Source: Octopus vulgaris
Lineage: Eukaryota
Length of the DNA: 64,000 nt
Assembly (NCBI GenBank): GCA_951406725.2
Contig: OX597820.1
Span: 44,082,001 to 44,146,000 of the forward strand
Direction: 5' to 3'
In this document: positions 44,994 through 57,727 of the stretch, in pieces
Layout: each line of letters starts with the position of its first letter
Numbering within the stretch: the stretch's first letter is position 1
Notes under the pieces: generated by a model
Seen by the model: only the letters and a program-made list of their open reading frames with translations
Database searches by the model: none
What the model was told of the DNA's origin: nothing
Translations under genes and position numbers: made by a program

Positions 44994-45394
44994 AATTAGA
45001 AATATTGAATTTCTAAATGTCTCAGAGAGACATGAGCGGTGGTGGAGCGATATAGTGGTTGTATACTGTCAACTCAATGTGACAGTCCCGTAAGGGAATT
45101 ACACCACCTCCATTTAGCACTAGGAAATATCGACATTTCCCGTTGGATTTGACACATTTTCTGTGTCCTTATATTTGCAAAGGGGAGGCAATCACCCCCG
45201 CCAACTTGGACTAGCACCTGAAGGCATATGTTTCATCAGTCCAGGGTAGCCAGTCTCGCTCGCCAAGATGACTACAACCTCTCTGCAGATATATCCTATT
45301 TTCAGTAAAATATATTTACTGATCACCGAAATTAGAAATGTTGAATTTCTAAATATCTCAGACATGAGCGGTGGTGGACTATATCATCGAAAGT

Positions 45395-46395
45395 CGAAGT
45401 TCAGAGGATTTTCTAACTTCCGGAAAATTTGATCGAATACTTCCTGGAGAGTTCCGAGGTATTTAAACTTCCGGGGAATTTGGTCGAAAACTTCCTGGTA
45501 AGTTCCGAGGTTTTCTAACTAACGGGAAGTTTGGTCGAAAACTTCATGGAAATTTCGGAGGATTTTCCAACTTCCGGGAAATTTGGTCGCAAACTTCCTG
45601 GAAATTTCCGGGGATTTCCCATCTTCCGGAAAATATGGTCGCAAACTCCATGGAAAGTTTCCGGGATTTCCTAACTTCTAAAGTTTGGTCGAAACTTCCT
45701 GGAGAGTTCCGGGGATTTACCAACTTCCAGGAAATTTGGTCGAAACTTCATGGAAAGTTCCGGGTATTTCTCAACTTCCGGGTATTTTCGTCGAATGTTT
45801 GGTTTAAATTTTCCAGGAAATTTCCGGGGATTTCCCATCTTCCGGAAAATTTGGTCGAAAACTTCATGGAAAGTTCTGCTATTTCCCAACTCCCGGAAAA
45901 TTTGGTCGAAAACATTTTTGAATGTTCCAACAATTATCTAACAGCGTGGAACTTTCGTCGAAAACTTCTTTGAAAGTTCCGATGGATTCTGACTTACTTG
46001 AAATTTGGTCGAAACGATGCGACTTCCTGGGTATTTACGAGGATTTCACGGTAATTTCCGATTATAAGACTGCCTGGAAAATTCAGAAGATTTCCGAGGA
46101 TGGGATTTCATGGAGAATTTCGAGGATGAGTCTTCCTGCAAAATTCCGAGGATTTCCTGGTAAGTTCCAATGTTGAGATATTTCCTGGAAATTTCCGTGG
46201 ATGGGACTTCCAGGAAAATTCCGATGATTACATCGGAATTTTAGAGGATGAGACTTCCTGGAAAATTCCGATGGTTTCCTGGAAAGTTCCGAGGATGAGA
46301 GATTTCCTGGAAAGTGTTGTGGATGAGATAATTCCTGGAAAGTTCCGAGGATGGGACTTCCTTGAAAATTCCGAGGACTTGCTGGAAATTTCCGA
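45395..46395. repeat. Minisatellite: ~51-bp units (45395-46015) then related 21-28-bp units (46080-46395)
   Basis: Consensus approximately aacttccgggaaatttggtcgaaaacttcctggaaagttccgaggattttcc. ttggtcg recurs at ~45480, 45531, 45583, 45686, 45737. Confidence 0.9.
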
Positions 46396-46990
46396 GGCAA
46401 GTGAAATCAAAATCAAAATTCCTGACGTGGCCGATGACAGTACCACCTGTTTGGCACTCAATCCAGTGCAACGTTAGAAGCACATCTGAAATTGGGGTGT
46501 AACCGTCTCATTTATGGGTACCCCTCATTCATTGGACAATGAATTTTGCTTGCGAAGACCTATTGAGGCAAGTGTAAACAAATCAAAATCGCTGATGTTG
46601 CCGGTGACAGTACTGCCTGATTGGCACTCATGCTAGTGGAACGGTAAAAGCGCATCCAAGCATGATCATTGCCAGGGCCACGGACTTGCTCCCATGCCGG
46701 TGACACATGAAAAGTACCATTCGAGTATGGTCATTGCCAGCATTGTCTTACTGGCTCATGTTCTAGTGGCACGTAAAAACACCTTTTGAGCGTGGTTGTT
46801 GCCACCTGACTAGCCATCGTACCGGTGGCAAGTAAAAGCACTCACTACACTCTCAGAGTGGCTGACATTAGGAAGGGCATCCAGCTGTAGAAACTTTGCC
46901 AGATCAGATTGAACTTGGTGTAGCCTCTGGTTCACCAGTCCTCAATCAAACAGTCCAACCCATGCCAGCTTGGAAAGCGAACATAAGACA

Positions 46991-47029
<39 letters not shown>

Positions 47030-47030
47030 A
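46393..47030 (+). mobile_element. Retroposon with internal sub-repeats and an RTE-like (GAT)n tail
   Basis: Repeated gaggcaagtg..aaatcaaaat and cc/tggtggcacgtaaaagca units. Tail ccaacccatgccagcttggaaagcgaac followed by (gat)n. Confidence 0.55.
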
Positions 47031-47069
47031 TTATTATTATATATACACGATAGGCTTCTTTCAGTTTCT

Positions 47070-47296
47070 TATTTCTTTACTGTCCACAAGGGGCTACACT
47101 CAGAGTGGACAAACATGGACAGACAAATGGATTAAGTAAATTATATCGACCCCAGTGCGTAACTGGTACTTATTGACCCTGAAAGCATGAAAGGTAAAGT
47201 CGACCACGATGAAATTTGAACTCAGAATGTAGCGGCAGAAGAAATACTGCTAAGCATTTCGCCCGGCGGCGTGCTAACGATTCTGCCAGCTCGCCT
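47070..47296 (-). mobile_element. SINE family B, full length, with a 16-bp TSD, inserted into a SINE A (head at 47297-47452)
   Basis: TSD gcttctttcagtttct at 47054-47069 and 47297-47312. tRNA-like head and a central ...ctttcatgctttcagggtcaataa... domain that resembles Meta/MESC-type cores. Confidence 0.85.
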
Positions 47297-47459
47297 GCTT
47301 CTTTCAGTTTCTGTTTATCAAATCCTCCCATAAGGTTTTAGTCAGCCTGAGACTATAGTAGAAAACACTTGCCCAAGGTGTCATGCAGTGGGACTGAACC
47401 AGGAACTATGTGGTTGGGATGCAAGCTTCTTACCACATAGCCACGTGTGTGCCTATTCT

Positions 47460-47602
47460 TCACCAGTGCGACCCAAGCACTGCAACTACTAATGGAAGTG
47501 TGTGGAAAGTAAGAGGAACTATGTTAAAAGATGAACTTCATTTAGTCACATTCCATTGAGAGTATCTTGCTCAGATTATGAACATTTCAGCCGACCCTCC
47601 TA
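47460..47602 (+). mobile_element. Mariner 3' end and TIR fragment (family of 6434-7368)
   Basis: tcacattccattgagagtatcttgctcagattatgaacatttcagccgaccctc is the reverse complement of 6434-6490. Confidence 0.65.
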
Positions 47603-47774
47603 ATAATAAAAATTATTATTATACCTGCATTTGTTTTAATGTTAATATTGGAAAAATCAACATTTTCATTAAAGAATTAGGACCTGGTTTTGCACTCCCT
47701 TAGCAAATTTTGTTGCTGGGCCACTATGTGTATCATATTTCATGTACATATTTATATTTTGAAAGTACTTTATA

Positions 47775-47898
47775 ATCTCTGACGAGGCCTATGGATATAT
47801 ATAAGTACCCCATTTTAAATGCCTACAACCTCGATATAATTGATAACTATAGGCACTAAAAATTACTTTTTTCCATAGGCTGAAGCAGCTGTAAGAGT
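47775..47898 (+). ncRNA. Hammerhead-like motif with extended stem II
   Basis: UCU-CUGACGA-GGCCUAUGGA...UCCAUAGGCU-GAAG-CAGCUG-UA-AGA. One core change (GAAA to GAAG). Confidence 0.5.
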
Positions 47899-48112
47899 GA
47901 TTTTGATGATTCCAATTATTTTTATTAAGGTTTTTATAATTGTATTCTTATCTTGTATGTATATAATTTTAATGTATATCTGTATGTTATTATGGTTCTC
48001 GTTTTGTTAAATAAATAAGTCAACATTCTAATATCCTAAAGGTGATAAACCAACTAAATTGTTTCTCCTTATTTGTATTATATATATATATATATATATA
48101 TATTTTCTTATT

Positions 48113-48173
<61 letters not shown>

Positions 48174-48268
48174 CGGGAAGGTTTATGAAAATAAACAAAA
48201 GACGAAGGCAGGTGGAGTAAAAACAAATAATGTATTTGTATGGCGCTCAGGAATAGAAATAAAACAAG

Positions 48269-48306
48269 TCTTTTACATTTCGAGCCTACGCTCTTCGACA
48301 GAAAGA
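48269..48306 (-). ncRNA. Minimal hammerhead-like motif (variant core)
   Basis: Minus strand: UCUUU-CUGUCGA-A-GAGC guag GCUC-GAAA-UG-UA-AAAGA. Stems I and II are perfect; core A6 is U. Confidence 0.4.
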
Positions 48307-48379
48307 TACACAGAAAAGAAACAAGGAGAGAAACAAGGAGAGAAAAAATTACGTGTAGGGGCTAACGATTCAACATGGC

Positions 48380-48443
<64 letters not shown>

Positions 48444-48454
48444 CTATGTATATA

Positions 48455-48676
48455 TAGGGTGGTGAAAAAGTAGATATACAGTAAGTATAACATCAATGTT
48501 ATGATACTTAATTCATTAAAATCATCAGCACATTAAATTAGCTTCAGTGTCATTAATCATAATAATACTATAATAATACTTTTATCGTAACTTTTAATTT
48601 TGGGGGTTAAAATAAGTAAGTATTGTACGTGTTTTTTCTTTTTTAATAACTGTATACTTACTTTTGCACCAGCACA
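48455..48676. mobile_element. Tc1/mariner-type MITE
   Basis: TIRs ggtggtgaaaaagtagatatacagt and actgtatacttacttttgcaccag, within TA-rich flanks. Confidence 0.55.
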
Positions 48677-49331
48677 TATACATACATACATATATATATA
48701 TATCAACGTTGTATTCAGCATAATCTTGATGCCATCACCCAATGCTGCGCGCACCTACTCCCAGAGGACAATTTGACCTCAGTGCTTGAAGCGAACGAAT
48801 CACCTATCAATTTCACACAATCAATTGCATACGCTCGCGCAGTGTGTATGTGTGTGTGTATGTGTGTGCGCGCGTGTGTGCGTACGTGTGCGTTTACACA
48901 TACATATATAAACATATACACACGTGCTTGAATACATATATATATATATACATATATGCATATGAATAGTTGTACTTATGTACATTATGTACACACACAC
49001 ACACACGCACACACGTTTGCACATATATACATACATAGATTTTTACGCACATTACATACAATACGCATTAAATATATATGTGTATATATACATATAAAAA
49101 CTTTCATAAGCTTCTTGAAATTTTGAAATTGTGCAACAAATATATTTCCCCCTCCCTGGAAGAATACACATACATCACACATATATACATACACACATTC
49201 ATACCCATATAAACATACATATATATGATAACTATTATGCATATATATCTAACATGTATGTTTAAGTATATGTGTGTGTGTGTGTGTGCGTTTGTGTGTC
49301 TGTGTGAGAGAGAGAGAGAGAGAAGGAGAGA

Positions 49332-49408
<77 letters not shown>

Positions 49409-50098
49409 CATATATATGTGTGTGTTATATATGATTATCTACATGTACCCGAGATGTGTATGCGCCTGCCATAAATACTGGTGCGTATACATAGGCGTTG
49501 AAATACATACCCATGCGTATTAATGCACAAGAAGGTAAGGGATAATGAAGGAGCATGAAAGCGAAAGAACCCTAAAAACTGGGAGTTAGATAATAGGTAT
49601 TTATGTGTGATCCCATGTGTAAGAGAAACACTATTCCCTTGAGATCCATCGCGAGTGCTGAAATTTATTTTCTTTTAATGTCTTTCTGTTTAAAGTATTT
49701 TGGGGTTTCGTTTTCCTTTTTTTTTTTTTTTGTTTCCTTCGTGCATCCCCTAATATGTCTGCATGTGTATTTTTAAGTATGTGTGTGAGTGTGTGTGTGT
49801 GTGTGTGTACAATGCGCAAACATGCATATATATATATATATAGATATAGATAAACACCTACATAAATATATACATATATATATACTGTATATATGTATAT
49901 ATATATATATATACATATATGTCGGTGTATATATATATATATATATACATATATGTCGGTGTATATATATATATATATATGTGTGTGTGTATATATATGC
50001 ATATATATATGTACACACGCATATGTATCTTTATTATTCGTGCAGCCCTTAATATGTCTTCTTGTGTAATTTTAAGGATATGTATATACATGTGTGTG

Positions 50099-50135
<37 letters not shown>

Positions 50136-50150
50136 GTGTATGCGTATATG

Positions 50151-50197
<47 letters not shown>

Positions 50198-50414
50198 GCA
50201 TATATATATATATATGCGTATGTTCATGTATATATATATATACATTTATATATATAATACGCACATATATATATGTATACATATACATATGCATATATAT
50301 ATACACATAAGCACCTACATATGTATAAATGATAGATAGGTAGATAGATATAGATACGGATATAAATATATATTCATACAAAATATATATATATATATAT
50401 ATGTACATATGCAT

Positions 50415-50477
<63 letters not shown>

Positions 50478-50618
50478 TTTAGAAATTGATTTGAGATTAT
50501 TCCGGTCGGGTTCGGAATAGTCTTCAACATTAATTTAGCTTCTCTCTGGATAGCAATAAAATATGATTGAAAGTCAAATATGAAGAATTTATCCTCGCGC
50601 TGAAAACACCTGCCACAA

Positions 50619-50654
<36 letters not shown>

Positions 50655-51063
50655 TCGTGACGCGCGCATACAAACGCTTACATGCTCACATAAAGAAACA
50701 CGCACATATTTAATATAACGTGCAGAACACGCAGACATAGGCACACGTACATACGCAAGCCGCACGCTATCACTCCTCCCGCTAACATTCACGTAAATTT
50801 AAATATACATAGGAAAAAAGAGAGGACAGTTAAACATAGATCTTTATCCACTTATTATTAGTTACAAAAGAAGCTAAGATTTAAAGACAACAAATGAAGC
50901 AATACATTAGCTTTAACTTCCTTATTGTAAATGTAATATATGTTATACGAGTATTACTATAGTTAACACAAGATATAAGATGTCTCATACACATTGAAAT
51001 CGACACACACAGATATAACAATATATGTCAATATATACATGCATGCATACATATATAATATAC

Positions 51064-51117
<54 letters not shown>

Positions 51118-51119
<2 letters not shown>

Positions 51120-51510
51120 CGCAGGAGTGGCTGTGCGGTAAGTAGCTTGCTAACCAACCACATGGTTCCGGGTTCAGTCCCACTGAGTGGCATCTTGGGC
51201 ATGCCTTGTGAGTGGATTTGGCAGACGGAAACTGAAAGAAGCCTGTGATATATATGTATATATATATATATATATGTGTGCGTGTGTGTGTGTGTGTGTG
51301 TGTATGTGTGTGTGTGTGTGTGTATGTGCTTGTGTGTCTGTGTTTGTCCCCCTAGCATTGCTTGACAACCGATGCTGATGTGTTTACGTCCCCGTCACCT
51401 AGCGGTTCGGCAAAAGGGACCATCTAGCCGTCTGTATTCTATTACCAAAGACTAAAGGCGGTGCCCCAGCATGGCCGCAGTCAAATGACTGAAACAAGTA
51501 AAATAAATAA
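51118..51510 (+). mobile_element. SINE family A with a replaced internal segment
   Basis: Family A head and tail. 51421-51449 is foreign sequence. Confidence 0.85.
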
Positions 51511-51547
<37 letters not shown>

Positions 51548-51990
51548 ATAGGATTAGCTCGTATACGAGTAGGTATATATTTGTAAAAAATGAAGTTCGA
51601 AAATGCCGCTGTATTATACAATTTTTAATTTTTATATATACATTATAACATGTTTCAGTTCCTGAAATGAACCTTATCAAAAAAAGTTATATATAAAAAA
51701 AGACAGCTCATGCCGTCAAACACAAGAAATTCATTTATAATACACAACGGAGTCAGACATCTTAGAGTTCATGTATAGTTGATATATAGTTCATGTATAG
51801 TTGATATATAGTTTGAAGTATATGTTCAAAGTGTTCGATGCAGTGGCCCACGGTGGCGATACGTATTCAATACAAAACACAGATCAAAGTGGTGGAAAGC
51901 GGTCAATACAGAAGACTGATGTTTCCGAAAGAGCGAGGAATTCATTTTTACCTTAAGCAATTGTGATGACCCATGGTGGAAGTTCGCTGG

Positions 51991-52021
<31 letters not shown>

Positions 52022-52024
52022 ATG

Positions 52025-52060
<36 letters not shown>

Positions 52061-52194
52061 ATCAATCCACACATCAACAAGCAAGAAAACAACAGCGCGA
52101 GGACATGGAACAAGTACAGTGTTATTGAACGCTCAGAAAAGGAAAGAAAAGAAAGAGGATATCACGTTCCGAGCGGAGAAAGAAAATCGCCAAG

Positions 52195-53378
52195 TGTTTC
52201 AGCTCTAAAGGTGCGGTTATGCTGGAACACCACCGTTCAGAAGATCCATCCATCTAGCCGTCTGTATTCTATTACCAAATTGGTAATATGCTCTTGGAAA
52301 GATGCATCATTGCTCATGTCAATGTCAATGTCGCTTACTGATTTTGATTCAGGGATTGCAGTCCCCTCTCGGGCCAGTGTATCCTATCTGTATGACGTTC
52401 AGCTTTGTGTGTTATTGGCACAGGGCTTGGAATTTTCCTGCATTAAACTGCATGTTATTGTCCTCAATCCACTTGTATATTGCGTCCAACTTCCGTTGCA
52501 GATGTGCAATATTTTCAGGATTTCGTATTGTCTGAGAGACTTTTGTGTCATCTGCATACCTAGCAAGAGTGGCTATCTGAGCAGCTGAATGCATTCTGAG
52601 AGGGCCACTATGAATAGCAGTGGACCTTAGACAGTACCCCGTGGAACACCACTTATTATTTATGTTTCCTTTGGGGTGGCTCCATTTGCCACCACTGCCT
52701 GATGTCTATCGTTTAGAAAGGCATGTAAGCCACTCTCCAAGTTTTCCAACTATACCGAGATCACGCAATTTGTGACATATCATACCATGGTCGACTTTAT
52801 CAAAGGCTTTTACAAAGTCTAGATATATCACATCCACACTTGAGTCATTTAGCAGCTATTTTAATAACCAGTCGTAATGCTGCAAGAGCTGTGTTAGACA
52901 GTTTCTACCCAATCGAAATCGATGTTGGGTGTCAGTCAGCAAGTAATTTTCTTCAAGGGACGCGATTATTGCCGACTATTCATTCCATGACTTTGCTGAT
53001 GCGTGAGGGCAGAGAGATAGGCCTATAATTTTTAGCGTCTGCTCAGCTTCCTCCTTTATGGAGAGGGTATATTATTTCTTCCTTCGGTTTGTCTGGTTGC
53101 TTATCACTCGCTAGAAAGCTCTGAAAAAGAAGCTTCAGTGGTTTTGCAAGAGTTCGTTCGCACGATTCGAAAAGGATTGTTGGGAATCCATCGGGGCCAG
53201 CAGCTGAGTTTGTCAACCTTATCTACGACTATTGTTACAACTTCGATGTAATCAATTTTCGTCTCTTTGGTTACAGGCAATGTGGTAAACAATTCAGCTG
53301 GTTTGTTCACTTGCCTGTTTCTCAGAGGTGTAGTGAACACACTTTGAAACTGTTCGTTCAGTATTTCACTTATTCTCA
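52195..53378 (-). mobile_element. Degenerate CR1-group LINE (RT region plus tail)
   Basis: 'RYADDTKVSQTIRNPE...MQFNAGKFQAL' and 'MRISEILNEQFQSVFT', homologous to 17313-19250. Confidence 0.85.
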
Positions 53379-53379
53379 C

Positions 53380-53492
<113 letters not shown>

Positions 53493-53546
53493 TAATTCAG
53501 AACGTAAAGAAGGATGAAATGCCCGTAAGCATTCCTTCCTGGTGTA

Positions 53547-54236
53547 CGAGGGGCGTACAATAAGTAATGCCCCTGACCCACTTCCCATAGCAGTAGAGCA
53601 ACGAAACTTGGCACAGTTATTAGTCTTTTTCTACATAGGAATCACTCAGAGTTACGCATTTCTCCCATCGTTTGATGCGGCTCTGGAGACCGTTTTTGTA
53701 GAGGAACCCAGCTTGGTCCTCCAACCTCAACGTGACTTCAGAAACCAAGGCTGCATCATCTGGGAAACGCTTTCTTTTCAAAAACAACTTCATGATTGGG
53801 AAGAGGTGAAAATCAGAGGGTGCAAGGTCAGGAAAGTAGGGGGGATATGGAGGAGTTTATAGCCATACGCCTGTGCTTCTGATCTGGCGACAAGCGAGTT
53901 GTGGACCGGAGCGTTGTCCTGCAGGAGGAGGATGCCTTTGCTGATCTTGCCCCGCCTCTTGATTTTGATAACTTCTCTTAATTTCCTCAAAAGTGAAGCA
54001 TAATAGGCTCCTGCAATTGTGGTACCCTTTGCCAGGAAATCTCTCATCACTACTCCGTCCTGGTCCCAGAAGAGTGTGAGCATGACCTTGCCAGCGGAGG
54101 GCTGCACCCTTGCCTTCTTTGGAGGGGGTGAGTCACGGTGCTTCCACTGCATTGACTGGGCTTTGGTCTCTGGATCATAGTGATGGACCCAGGTTTCATC
54201 CTGTGTAATCAGTCTTTTGAAAAATTTTGACTCATC

Positions 54237-54240
<4 letters not shown>
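53547..54240 (-). mobile_element. Mariner-type transposon, 3' half
   Basis: TIR (ta)cgaggggcgtacaataagtaatgcc. ORF 53790-54245 'LITQDETWVHHYDPETKAQSMQWKH...LLQDNAPVH'. Confidence 0.9.
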
Positions 54241-54941
<701 letters not shown>

Positions 54942-54986
54942 CGTCCCTCGTACTAACACTTCTGCCAGTTCATAGTCTTCCACACT

Positions 54987-55040
<54 letters not shown>

Positions 55041-55099
55041 GTTACTGTTAACAAAAGTCGGGATGCGAGGCGTCCAGTTATTCAATAGATGAAAAATTC

Positions 55100-55638
55100 A
55101 TTAAATACTACAAAACGTAGGACAGACACAGAAGGACGCTAATTCTTCATCGGTGATCGAATAAAAATACTAGTGCTCGGTTTCGTGCATTTAACGATAA
55201 GACTGAGAACTTCGTATATCGGCGGTACCCGCAAGATTTGCGTAGAATTAGGGATCGAGAAAACAAAACAATACAGGGTGGACGTACGAAAGTAAACAAA
55301 CGTAATTTGAAACGATAGACGAAGATAGAATAAATAACGCCCTTCGGCCAAACACGAAATTGATGGGTAACACTTGGAAGAAATCCTCAATGGATATAAA
55401 AAGAGAGAAATAGTGGGAGAGGAGAAAATGTTGACAAATAGGCGCAGGTGTGGCTGTGTGGTAAGTAGCTTGCTTACTAACCACATGGTTCCGAGTTCAG
55501 TCCCCCTGCGTGGCACCTTGGGCAACTGTATTCTACTATAGCCTCGAGCCGACCAAAGCCTTGTGAGTGGATTTGGTAGACGGAAACTGAAAGAAGCCCG
55601 TCGTATATATGTATATATATCTAGATATATATGTATAA

Positions 55639-55691
<53 letters not shown>

Positions 55692-55973
55692 TGAGTTTGT
55701 CCCCCCAACATCGCTTGACAACCGATGCTGGTGTGTTTACGTCCCCGTAACTTAGCGGTTCGGCGAAAGAGACCGATAGAATAAGTACTAGGCTTACAAA
55801 GAATAAGTTCTGGGGGTGATTTGCTCGACTAGAGGCGGTGCTCCAGCATGGCAACAGTCAAATGACTGAAACAAGTAAAAGAGAAAATAGAAGGCATGCT
55901 GCAACTCTTTTTTTTTTCTTTCTCTCACGTCCTAATGTTCCTTTTCTAGCATCCCTACATCCTCTCTCTCTCA

Positions 55974-56017
<44 letters not shown>

Positions 56018-56480
56018 CTTATCCTCCTTCCTTCCATCTACTGCCCGCACGAGACCTGTGACTAATTTTCCCATCTCTGCCTTTTCGCCACCGGACACTT
56101 AAGCCCACCTATCAACATTTTCTCCCCTCTTACTATTTCTCTTTTTATATTCACTGAGGATTTCTTCTAGGTGTTACCCATTACACCCGTATTTGACCGA
56201 AAGGCGTTATTTATTGTGACGTCGTCTATCGTTTCAAATAACATTTGTCTATTTCCGTACGTCCACTCTGTATTGTCACTATTTCCGTACGTCCACTCTG
56301 TATTGTCATGTTTGCTCGAGCCCTAATTCTGTACAAATCTTGCGGGTGCCGCCGACATACGAAGTTCTCAGTCTTATCGCTAAAGGCACAAAACTGAGTA
56401 TTAGTACATTTAGTCGATCACTGATGAAGAATTGGCGTCCTTCCGTGTCGGTCGTACGTGTACGTTTTGTAGTATTTAAT
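55100..56480. repeat. Foldback structure: ~340-370-bp diverged inverted repeats around a SINE and (CT)n
   Basis: 55100-55435 is the reverse complement of 56112-56480 (e.g. gataagactgagaacttcgtat / atacgaagttctcagtcttatc). Confidence 0.85.
55441..55885 (+). mobile_element. SINE family A, full length
   Basis: Complete head, (TG)n, 3' domain and CR1-like tail. Confidence 0.9.
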
Positions 56481-56713
56481 ACATATTTCATTTATATATA
56501 CGATAAGGTACTGAAAATTTTCTGGCTTTGGATAAAAGAAAATACAGAAGGATAAGTTAATTATGATGAACGTTTCCTCACAGACTTCACATCTTATTGT
56601 AGCGTGTATTGTAAGAGCTTCTTTTCTAAGCCCTTTCTAAGAACTCGGAAAGCGCAATGGCCTGGTGGTTAACAAGCGGACTCAATCGCAAGGAAATCGC
56701 GGTTTCAGCCGGG

Positions 56714-57126
56714 CTTATTTCTTTATTGCCCACAAAGGGCTAAACGTAGAGGGGACAAACAAGGACAGACAAAGGGATTAAGTGGATTACATCGACCCCA
56801 GTGCGTAACTGATACTAAATTTATCGACCCCGAAAGGATGAAAGGCAAAGTCGACCTCAGCGGAATTTGAACTCAGAACATAGCGGCAGACGAAATACCT
56901 ATTTCTTTACTACCCACAAGGAACTAAATGCAGAGAGGACAAACAAGGACAGACAAACGGATTAAGTCGAATACTTCGATCACAGTGCGTAACTGGTACC
57001 TATTTAATCGACCCCGAAAGGATGAAAGGCAAAGTCAACCTCGGCGGAATTTGAACTCAGAAGGTACCGGCAGACGAAATACTGCTAAGCATTTCGCCCG
57101 GCGTGCTAACGTTTCGGCCAGCTCAC
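56714..57126 (-). mobile_element. Head-to-tail dimer of SINE family B, inserted in another tRNA-SINE (56650-56712 + 57140-57325)
   Basis: Two units, 56714-56898 (head-truncated) and 56899-57126 (full head). Confidence 0.8.
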
Positions 57127-57583
57127 ACCCTTGTTTCAGCGCTCTCTCATATATACGCGTGTTTTTGTAAGAGCTTGTATGCATATATATATGTATATAT
57201 ATACATGTATATATGCATATATGGACGACAGCTGCTGGTCTCACATAAACAACCTTGCCCAGATTTGTGCCTCGAGGACTAACTTTCTAGGTGCAATCCC
57301 ATGGTCATTCATGATCGAATGGGTTTTATATATGTATATAAATTGAGTCCCAGCCCCCGTCAGTAACTGCTCAGTTGTTATTCATAAATCTACATGAAAG
57401 ATGTAACCTCTGCTTAGGATATGTGTGTGTATGTGTGTGTGTATGCGCGCGCGCATATGTATGCTTGGGTGTGCGACTATGGGTATACCTGTATAGACAC
57501 ATCTGTACATATATATATATATATATATACATATGCATTTACATGCATTCACTCACACACACACCCACATATATATATGTATA

Positions 57584-57618
<35 letters not shown>

Positions 57619-57643
57619 TATGTATACGATAAATATAAATACG

Positions 57644-57727
<84 letters not shown>

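Noticed and set aside
45395-46395. CRISPR-like periodic array
   Set aside because: Units are contiguous diverged repeats with no unique spacers, there are no cas genes, and the context is eukaryotic.
56150-56210. CTGAGGA...GAAA hammerhead in the foldback arm
   Set aside because: No closing stem II or stem I, and the core is not kept in the other arm.
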